Source of the DNA: Candidatus Fermentibacterota bacterium
Lineage (GTDB): Bacteria > Fermentibacterota > Fermentibacteria > Fermentibacterales > JCC-6
NCBI GenBank assembly: GCA_963845085.1
Contig: CAWJQI010000005.1
Coordinates: forward strand, 64,502 to 128,501
Reading direction: 5' to 3'
DNA: 64,000 nucleotides
Numbering within the stretch: position 1 is the stretch's first letter; each line of letters begins with the position of its first letter. Under the pieces are notes generated by a model. The model was not told where the DNA came from, made no database searches, and saw nothing but the letters and a program-made list of their open reading frames with translations. The position numbers were made by a program, and so were the translations under genes. Of the stretch, positions 8,810 through 15,138 are shown piece after piece.

Positions 8810-10494
8810 GACCCCGCTCCGTTGACAGGCCGCGCATCAAGCAGCTCAAGCTGCACGGAGTCTGCGCCCCGGAATGAGTCTTCCCTGAGAAGGAATGCAA
8901 GGTCCACGGGGCGTTCGAACTCGGCGGAGCGCTTTACCAGGTTGAACCCGATCGCATTCCGGGTAACCCCGTCGATCTGGAACGTCATCTTGAGGTGTTT
9001 TCCCCTGCCGACCACGTCGCGGGTTAGGACAAGGGCGTTCCTGGCTATCCAGACGGGCTCGGGATTCCCGGGGCCGAACGGCTCGAGCATCCGAATCCCG
9101 CGCATTGTGTCCATGGTGCATTCCGCACCCTTCAGCCTGCCGTCGATGTGGAGGAACGGCTTGAGCCCCTCCCCGCCGGCCAGTGAACCTATGCCATTGA
9201 ACATGAACGCCCTGAAGTCATCGAACCTCTCGCGGAGCACAGTCAGCCCGGCAGCGACGCTGTGGCCTCCGCACCTCACGAGGAGCCCCTCTTCAAGGGC
9301 TTTCTGGAGAAGCCCGTGGATGGGAACGCCGTCAACCGAGCGCGCGCTTCCCCTGCCCTCGTCTCCCTGGAAGGAAACAAGCACGACCGGAACCGAGAGC
9401 TCCTCAACAAGCCTGCTGGCGGCGATCCCGAGAACACCCGGGTGCCAGGAATCGCTTCCAAGCACCACACAGGGGCCGTCCCCGGCAAGTTTTCTGGCCT
9501 CGGAGAAAACTCCCGAATCGAGTTCACGCCTTTTTGTATTGCATCCCTCGAGTTCGAGAGCCAGGTCGGCGGCCTCAGCGTGGTCTTCCGTAAGGAGAAG
9601 CCTGACGGCGAGGTCTGCGTGGCTTACCCTGCCGGCCGAGTTCAAACGTGGACCCAGGACGAAGGAAAGATCCCTCGTGCGGATGCCGTCGGAGGACACA
9701 CCCGCTTTCCGCATGAGCGCTGAAATCCCCGGTGAAGGGCTGGACCGCAGCATTTCGATCCCCCGCCTAAGGATCAGCCTGTTGTCGCCGATGAGATCAA
9801 CGACATCGCAGGCGGTCCCAATCGCGCAGAGGTCAGGTTCCAGCTCGGGTATTCCGGGTGAACCGGCAAGCTCCGCAACGCCTCTCAGCACCATCATGGC
9901 GACTCCCGCACCGGAAAGCCTTCTCCATGCGGCGCCCGGGTCAGATGAAAGCTCGGGATCGACGATTGCTGTCGCATCGGGCATGACGGGGCCGGGCAGA
10001 TGGTGGTCGGTGACAATGGTTCGCAGCCCGGCTTCCGTCAGCCTGTTTACCGGTTCAACGGCGCTGACGCCGCAGTCGACCGTGAGGAAAAGCCCGAATC
10101 CCTCAGAGATCGCCTTCTGGACACCAGTTTCCCCAATGCCGTACCCCTCGTTGAATCGGCAGGGGATGTGCCAGTCGACACGGGCGCCGAGAGCCCGAAG
10201 CACCCTGACCGCTGTCGCGACAGCGGTAATGCCGTCTGCGTCGAAGTCTCCGTGAACAAGTATGCCGTCTCCGGCTTTGACAGCAGCGGCAACTGCCTCT
10301 GCGGCAGCCTCGGCACCGGGAAGGCTTCTCCAGGGAGAGAGGTTGTTCCAGCTGGAATCCATGAAGATCCTCGCCTCGTCCGGGGAGAAACCCCGACGGG
10401 CGAGAACGGCGGCAACAGGGGACGGGACCCCTTCAACATCAAATGAAGCAGTCTCTGCGACCGATCGGGGAACCCATCTGTATTTCAATGACAC
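8806..10494 (-). CDS. recJ: single-stranded-DNA-specific exonuclease RecJ
   Basis: DHH motifs (ILVHGDFDADGITA, TVDCG, IVTDHH), a DHHA1-like region (GGHSVAAG), and a length typical of RecJ. Confidence 0.9.
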   Translation of the reverse strand: MSLKYRWVPRSVAETASFDVEGVPSPVAAVLARRGFSPDEARIFMDSSWNNLSPWRSLPGAEAAAEAVAAAVKAGDGILVHGDFDADGITAVATAVRVLRALGARVDWHIPCRFNEGYGIGETGVQKAISEGFGLFLTVDCGVSAVEPVNRLTEAGLRTIVTDHHLPGPVMPDATAIVDPELSSDPGAAWRRLSGAGVAMMVLRGVAELAGSPGIPELEPDLCAIGTACDVVDLIGDNRLILRRGIEMLRSSPSPGISALMRKAGVSSDGIRTRDLSFVLGPRLNSAGRVSHADLAVRLLLTEDHAEAADLALELEGCNTKRRELDSGVFSEARKLAGDGPCVVLGSDSWHPGVLGIAASRLVEELSVPVVLVSFQGDEGRGSARSVDGVPIHGLLQKALEEGLLVRCGGHSVAAGLTVLRERFDDFRAFMFNGIGSLAGGEGLKPFLHIDGRLKGAECTMDTMRGIRMLEPFGPGNPEPVWIARNALVLTRDVVGRGKHLKMTFQIDGVTRNAIGFNLVKRSAEFERPVDLAFLLREDSFRGADSVQLELLDARPVNGAGS

Positions 10495-10501
10495 CTCGCG
10501 G

Positions 10502-10805
10502 CATTCGGGCCGGGCTGTAAGCCGGGTTCTGTACCGCTTGCGCGGCGGCGGCCATCCGTCTAAGCGGCCAACCCGGAGGTCTGGGAGGACGGGCAGCCCT
10601 CCAGCCCCAAAGGGGCTTCCCTCCCTATTTGGCCTTGCACCGGACGGGGTTTGCCTCTTTTCACTCTCCCCGAAGGGAGCGGTCGTCTCTGTGGCACTTT
10701 CCGCGCGTTACCGCGCCGGGGGCTTTCCCCCCGCGTCCCGCCCTGCGGAGCCCGGACTTTCCTCTCCCGAAAAGGGAGCGACCGCCCGCCCGGCCCGAAC
10801 GCTTC
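10502..10805 (-). ncRNA. rnpB: RNase P RNA, bacterial type A
   Basis: The reverse complement contains the universal motifs GAGAGGAAAGUCCGGGCUCC, GCAAGGCCAAAUAGGGA and ACAGAACCCGGCUUAC. The P1 helix pairs UUCGGGCCGGGC with GCCCGGCCCGAA. A TAGATT hexamer (10811-10806) sits directly upstream. The ends are uncertain by about 10 nt. Confidence 0.85.
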
Positions 10806-10813
10806 AATCTAAC

Positions 10814-11538
10814 CTACCTGCTCCCGGAAAGGGAGCTGTCATCCGTCCAAACCACAAAACAGCCGCACATGGGACATACAAATGTGCCGCCGCTCTTTAT
10901 CTCAACACCGCTCTGGGGGGAACGTTCGTCAGGCAGCCTCCGCAGGCGCCTGTCTTCAGCCCGACGACGATCTCAGCCCTGCCGGAAGCTCTTGCCTGTT
11001 CGTACTTTCTGTAATACTTCAGCTCGATGGCGCTCACGGCGTTCTCACGCTCGGACCGAAGGCGGGCGACTTCGCCTTCAAGCTGGTTTTTCTTCTCTTC
11101 AAGCATCTCCCGCCTTGATTCGAAGCGCTTCTGATAACGGTCCAGCTCCCTGCCCGCCCTTTCAAGCTCGGCCTGGGCCTGCTCCTCGGTTTCCATCGAT
11201 TCAAGGATGGAGGTGTCGATGTCATCGATCTTCCCCAGAGCATAATCGATCTGCTTCAACATCGCCTTGTACTCGTCGTTGGTCTTGATGCTTAAAAGCC
11301 TGGTACGATATTCGGCAACCTTGGTCCTCAGGTCCTGCTGATCGGATCTGAACGAAGCCTGCATCTTCCTGCAGGCCTCGACCGCGTCTTCGAACGCCTT
11401 GAAACGTACGCGGTGCTCCTCGATCTCCTTCTGGTGGATCTGCATCTCCCTGGGGATCGACTCGAGGTCGGCAAGGGTGCGGTCGAGCCTTCTGTCGGTA
11501 TCCTGAAGAAGCAGCATCTTCTCTATCCGGTCCTCCAT
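10814..11538 (-). pseudogene. COG1579/DUF164-type coiled-coil C4 zinc-ribbon protein, frame-disrupted near its 3' end
   Basis: The coiled-coil body ends ...ACGGCLTNVPPRAVLR* at 10897. The adjacent frame continues ...PQSGVEIKSGGTFVCPMCGCFVVW... to TAG at 10816-10814, which supplies the expected second CxxC. The switch maps to a C6 run (plus-strand G6, 10915-10920). Start is taken at MEDRIEK (11538), which follows GGAGGTGAT. Confidence 0.6.
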
Positions 11539-11556
11539 ATCACCTCCCCGGTGCAC

Positions 11557-11585
11557 AAAAAAAATGGGGCACCCGAAGGTGCCCC
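11557..11585 (-). terminator. intrinsic terminator after the tRNA-Met/tRNA-Val pair
   Basis: On the minus strand it reads GGGGCACC-TTCG-GGTGCCCC followed by ATTTTTTTT. Confidence 0.75.
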
Positions 11586-11596
11586 ACAAAGTGGGC

Positions 11597-11672
11597 TGGT
11601 GGGCGGGACAGGGCTCGAACCTGCGACCCCAAACGTGTGAAGCTTGTGCTCTACCAACTGAGCTACCCGCCC
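11597..11672 (-). tRNA. tRNA-Val (anticodon CAC), CCA encoded
   Basis: Hand-folded cloverleaf: GGGCGGG acceptor, GCUCAGUUGGUAGAGC D-arm, CAAGC/UUCACAC/GUUUG anticodon arm, GGUUCGAGCC T-arm. Confidence 0.9.
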
Positions 11673-11683
11673 TTCTTCACTAA

Positions 11684-11760
11684 TGGTGGGCCCACCTGGA
11701 CTCGAACCAGGGACCAGCCGGTTATGAGCCGGCGGCTCTAGCCAACTGAGCTATGGGCCC
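11684..11760 (-). tRNA. tRNA with CAU anticodon (elongator Met or lysidine-modified Ile2), CCA encoded
   Basis: GGGCCCA acceptor with a paired 1-72, so not initiator-like. The anticodon arm is GCCGG/CUCAUAA/CCGGC. The T-arm is CUGGUUCGAGUCCAG. Confidence 0.85.
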
Positions 11761-11771
11761 GTAGGATGGCA

Positions 11772-11800
11772 AATCTATCCGTACCGCACCATTCCGTCAA
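11772..11800 (-). promoter_or_regulatory. sigma70-like promoter for the minus-strand tRNA pair (TTGACG-17-TAGATT)
   Basis: -35 TTGACG (11800-11795), a 17-nt spacer, and -10 TAGATT (11777-11772). The tRNA 5' end lies 11 nt downstream. Confidence 0.45.
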
Positions 11801-11801
11801 G

Positions 11802-11830
11802 TTGCTGTGCAGGCCGTTCCACGTTAGATT
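11802..11830 (+). promoter_or_regulatory. sigma70-like promoter for tRNA-Leu (TTGCTG-17-TAGATT)
   Basis: -35 TTGCTG (11802-11807), a 17-nt spacer, and -10 TAGATT (11825-11830). The tRNA 5' end lies 11 nt downstream. It stands back to back with the minus-strand promoter. Confidence 0.45.
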
Positions 11831-11841
11831 TCCCGGGCAAA

Positions 11842-11927
11842 GCCGGAGTGGCGGAACGGCATACGCGGTGGACTCAAAATCCATTGTCCGCAAGGGCATG
11901 AGGGTTCAAATCCCTCCTCCGGTACCA
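11842..11927 (+). tRNA. tRNA-Leu (anticodon CAA), long variable arm, CCA encoded
   Basis: GCCGGAG acceptor, anticodon loop CUCAAAA, variable arm UGUCCGCAAGGGCAU, T-arm GAGGGUUCAAAUCCCUC. Confidence 0.9.
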
Positions 11928-11930
11928 GAC

Positions 11931-11952
11931 GGGGCACCAATTCCGGTGCCCC
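11931..11952 (+). terminator. GC-rich hairpin after tRNA-Leu (weak U tract)
   Basis: GGGGCACC-AATTCC-GGTGCCCC has the same 8-bp stem as the terminator at 11566-11585. Only GGCCAGTTT follows it. Confidence 0.4.
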
Positions 11953-11965
11953 GGCCAGTTTCAGC

Positions 11966-12042
11966 GCACACGCAGCTCAGTTGGACAGGGCAACTGATTT
12001 CCGATGCATATGCCACAGGTTCGAATCCTGCAAGGCGTACCA
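11966..12042 (+). pseudogene. decayed tRNA-like element (D-arm, T-arm and CCA intact; acceptor and anticodon stems do not pair)
   Basis: It contains AGCUCAGUUGGACAGGGC (D-arm-like) and ACAGGUUCGAAUCCUGC + AAGGCGU-A-CCA (T-arm/3' end). With standard numbering the anticodon stem ACUGA/UGCAU forms 2 of 5 pairs and the acceptor forms 3 of 7 pairs. Confidence 0.35.
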
Positions 12043-12045
12043 CCA

Positions 12046-13459
12046 TCACCGGCCAAGCAGGGTCAACCGATGAACAAAGCCTGACTGCCCGACAACAGAG
12101 TAGATGCCCACGGGCAGTCTGACTCCCGAGAAGTCCATACCATACCAGATGCCTGTTCCGTCAGAAACCCGGATACTCGACACCTCTCTCCCGGTGATGT
12201 CGTATACGCGAAGGGTCTGTGTCTCTGAACCGGTGCGAACGGTTACGGAACCTGATACAGGGTTACATGAGAATGAAAAAGAATCCTCAGGAACAACAAT
12301 CGTCTGCTGTCTGAAATTACTGACATAATCATAGTCGAACCAGCCGAACGTGGGGTAATTACCCAAGACCGGCTCGGTCTCAACCTGTTCATAAGCGATG
12401 TACAGATTACCCTCGGCGTCGGCTTCTCCACTGATGCAAGGCAGGCCTTCAGGGTCCTCATCCGAGTAGTCGTATGCAATCGCCCAGTCAACTACCACAT
12501 CTCCATTACCGTTCATCAGGAGGAAGAAGATTTTCTTCATGTTACCTGAAACCGCCCAGATGAGATAGTACAAGTCTGTTTGAGGTATCTGCCTCACGTT
12601 GAATGTCGTGCTAAGACTCATCTCTGGTGGAGATGCGGTTACAATGCTTTTCTGGTCAACAATAAGGAAACCGCTCATTCTGTCTATCTTCCATAAGATG
12701 TATTCTGGAAAGATCTCTTCAACTACCATAAGGTTCCCGAGCTGATCCAAGGCGAGTTCAGGAAACCGACTGCAATCAAGATCTCCAGTTGTGAAGTCAA
12801 TCAACGGGATAACCGTATTCCCTTCCAGGTCGTATTGAAGGTAGCAGAAATCGTGAACCACCGGATCCTGCACCACGACATGAACCCGGTTCCCGTCAAC
12901 AAGGAGAACTCCGCCCGCGTCCGCCCCTTCAATCTTCCAGTCACGCTCGACAGTGAAGCCCGATCCGGGTGCCGGCGTCCATACTGCATACCTGACATCA
13001 CCTCCGTCGTTGTAGATCACATGCAGTCTGCCAAGGCTGTCCGGACTGGCCCTGATGTAGGGATAGAGAGTGTAAGTAGTGAACAGGTAGGTGGCTGGTA
13101 CGATCTCGCTGCCGTCAGTCAGGCTGCGGACGGCGTAGTAAACCGGGCTGGTCTCTCTCCAGAAGGCGTAAAGGCTGTCGCCGGTGACCATGGTTGAAAG
13201 GTACGCACTCGTTACATCGCGTGATATCATTGTTTCAGGATATAAAGTGTTTCCGTCTAGAGAGAACATCTTGTATGCAATTCTGTTGCTATCATTTATA
13301 TCCTGCCCAGACAAGATGAAATCTGCCAAGGTCGTCTCTGTGGACGATTACAACCGGGCGTTGAGTATTGCAGGAATCAGTAACCAGAACAGGTGTGCTC
13401 CACCCCGGACTCGGAGTAACCCCGGAAAGCCAGAGACAGAGAAGCCCGAGAACCGTCAT
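12046..13459 (-). pseudogene. exported repeat protein with T9SS-type C-terminal sorting domain, frame-disrupted near its 5' end
   Basis: The C-terminus (NPVSGSVTVRTG...LRVYDITGREVSSIRV...LPVGIYSVV...) resembles a Por/T9SS or FlgD-Ig tail. The track ORF (TTG start at 13329) lacks a signal peptide. A 55-codon ORF from ATG 13459 (MTVLGLLCLWLSGVTPSPG...DDLGRFHLVWAGYK*) supplies one in another frame. The two frames overlap at 13292-13347. Confidence 0.55.
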
Positions 13460-13680
13460 TGCAGAACACCCGTTCTTCCCTCATCATGCTGGAACTGAGG
13501 CCAGGGGGCATAGCCGGATGTGCATGCACCAAGTTCCCAGCAGTGAAGGCGTCCGTCGCTGGTGCCGAAGACCATCTCGACAACGCCATCCCTGTCGATG
13601 TCTGCTATGCTGAAACCACCGAAGGACGTGACATTGTCCGGAAGGGTGATCGGGTAAGTCAGGGCTATTGAGTGTAGCAT
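13456..13680 (-). pseudogene. 3' remnant of an FG-GAP/VCBS-repeat protein gene
   Basis: This 74-aa ORF carries an FG-GAP motif (FSIADIDRDGVVEMVFGTSDGRLHCW) and WPQFQHDEGRTG. The in-frame upstream sequence is AT-rich, not protein-like, and closed by TAA 35 codons above the ATG. Its stop overlaps the next ATG (ATGA). Confidence 0.45.
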
Positions 13681-14069
13681 CTGCGAGAAGCACTGTAGAG
13701 ATTGTAAGAAGGGAGCGTATCTGAAGGAAATGGTTCGATTCCATGAAAACCAGTTCCTTTCATGGCAAGTAAAGTACGATCTGTGTTATACATGCTGGAG
13801 CTGCAAAAGACTGTCAACGGACATTGCCTCTCGGGCATCATGAATACTGCTCAGTCTGAGGAATTCTTTGCTGGAACAAGCCGTTGAGTTCTGAAGTGGA
13901 AAAGTTCAATCAATAATGTTTTTATTACCGTCCTGCGCCATGCTACTATTTCACAATTCCAGCATCCCGAACAGACTATCTCCATGATTTCCAGTCGCTT
14001 TCAGCCTTGATGCGAAAGTTCTAAAAGCGTCCGCCGAGGCGTACTAAACTCATTAGCGAGTGGGGTTCA

Positions 14070-14855
14070 CTATGCCCGAGGTCTGATTAAATCTGGGTGT
14101 TCTGCTTCGAGCCATTTCCGAACCTTCCTGTTGAAGTCCATCAGAAAGTCCAGCAGCTCTTCAACATCCCTGCCGGTAACGCAGCCTGCATAATCGTACT
14201 CGAGAGTATTCCGCTTCATCCGACAGGCGTTCAGATAGTCAGCGTTTATCTTCCATTCGGAACCCAGAATCTCTCCCATTGCTTCAAACTCATCAGGATC
14301 CCCCTTGATGAACAGCCTCGCCCCTCCGATCACATTGTTTGCGAAATGGTCTTCTGTCCCAACACGGCGGATATACTCTTCTCTTGACATGACAATGGGA
14401 TTGATCTCTCTTTCAAGTGCTTCAGACACGCCGGAAAGAAGTCTGCTTACTTCCATCAGCCCGATGCTGCCGATTATCAGGATATCTACATCGCTGCCCT
14501 GGGTCTCCCTGCCTTCCGCGATGGAACCAAAGACGAATGCTGTTTCAATGCGATGATCAAAGAGTGCTTCAGCCAGAACATCAACAAGCCCTGTGGTCTT
14601 GAGTACCATCGAGTGAATCTCATTGAAAAGCTGATGGTTTCTGTTCGCTGAATAGTAAACCCTGTTGCCGTCCCTTCTGACGTGGACGAGATCCAGGTCA
14701 ACCAGCTTGCAGAGCTCCTGTCTCACAGCGGCTTCAGAGTGCTTCAACCGTCTGGCGATCTCCCTGTTGTGAAGCTCTCTCTGCGTCAGACCGAACAGGA
14801 TCGTAAAAACCCCGGCTCTGGTCCTTGAAGAAACGATCAGTTCAAGCGTGTTCAT
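14070..14855 (-). CDS. fused winged-HTH (ArsR-like) - MNT-type nucleotidyltransferase - HEPN-like C-terminal domain protein
   Basis: wHTH: RTRAGVFTILFGLTQRELHNREIARRLKHSEAAVRQELCKLVDLDLVHVRRDGNRVYY. NTase: FVFGSIAEGRETQGSDVDILIIG. C-terminal helices: LNACRMKRNTLEYDYAGCVTGRDVEELLDFLMDFNRKVRKWL. GC is clearly lower than in the flanks. I prefer the start at MNTLEL (14855); the track start is 14903. Confidence 0.75.
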   Translation of the reverse strand: MNTLELIVSSRTRAGVFTILFGLTQRELHNREIARRLKHSEAAVRQELCKLVDLDLVHVRRDGNRVYYSANRNHQLFNEIHSMVLKTTGLVDVLAEALFDHRIETAFVFGSIAEGRETQGSDVDILIIGSIGLMEVSRLLSGVSEALEREINPIVMSREEYIRRVGTEDHFANNVIGGARLFIKGDPDEFEAMGEILGSEWKINADYLNACRMKRNTLEYDYAGCVTGRDVEELLDFLMDFNRKVRKWLEAEHPDLIRPRA

Positions 14856-14863
14856 AGTGCGTG

Positions 14864-14893
14864 CATATACCACGCACATGCGTGGTTTGTCAA
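14864..14893 (-). promoter_or_regulatory. candidate promoter (TTGACA-18-TATATG) with an embedded palindromic operator CCACGCA-TG-TGCGTGG
   Basis: -35 at 14893-14888 and -10 at 14869-14864. The inverted repeat at 14870-14885 fills the spacer. The ATG at 14855 is only 8 nt after the -10, which implies a leaderless or near-leaderless mRNA. Confidence 0.35.
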
Positions 14894-15138
14894 CGCATTT
14901 CAATGATCACAAACAGCTGTTCTGAAAGTATCCGGGATGACGTGCCATCATCATTCCAGGAATCAAGAGCCCTTGACTCTGCTGCGATAAGCATTCAGCT
15001 TTTATTGAATCCTCTTTGGAAAACCTCGATGCCGTGCTTACCTCATCAAATACAGGCACTCCTCAAAAGAATGTCTCTCCGCTCATCGCAAGAGCGCACG
15101 CGCCTTCCCACACGATCTGCAGATCCCTCGCCCAAGGC

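Noticed and set aside
8822-10255. Long plus-strand ORFs antisense to minus-strand genes. Examples are 8822-10255 (477 aa), 24352-26010 (552 aa), 28225-29976 (583 aa), 40254-41882 (542 aa), 44932-46491 (519 aa) and 17899-18942 (347 aa).
   Set aside because: They are low-complexity and rich in Ser, Pro, Arg and Gly, with no motifs. Each lies exactly opposite a gene with unmistakable family signatures (recJ, slt/purH, rnr, trpS/kinase, the PP2C giant). These are typical shadow ORFs of a high-GC genome.
10660-10840. Repeated CTCCC-N4-5-GGGAG hairpins (about 10670, 10764 and 10822) considered as a dispersed repeat or mini-array.
   Set aside because: The first two are helices within RNase P RNA (the P3 and P12-type stem-loops). 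The third lies in the 3' end of the restored zinc-ribbon ORF. The spacing is irregular and they are not CRISPR-like.
11966-12042. Calling the tRNA-like element a functional tRNA-Gly(UCC).
   Set aside because: With canonical numbering, the anticodon stem (ACUGA/UGCAU) and the acceptor stem (GCACACG/AAGGCGU) mostly fail to pair. I kept it only as a decayed tRNA-like scar, pending a tRNAscan result.
13741-13765. The hairpin CCATGAAA-N9-TTTCATGG in the islet, considered as a terminator or small RNA.
   Set aside because: There is no U tract on either strand, and it lies about 300 nt from the nearest gene end. On its own it is not interpretable.
13766-14069. Small ORFs inside the AT-rich islet, considered as a possible toxin or antitoxin partner of the MNT-HEPN-like gene. 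They are a 31-aa plus-strand ORF from 13791 and a 44-aa minus-strand ORF, MEIVCSGCWNCEIV....
   Set aside because: They have no RBS, no recognisable motif, are very short, and have composition typical of random AT-rich sequence. I cannot support them from sequence alone.
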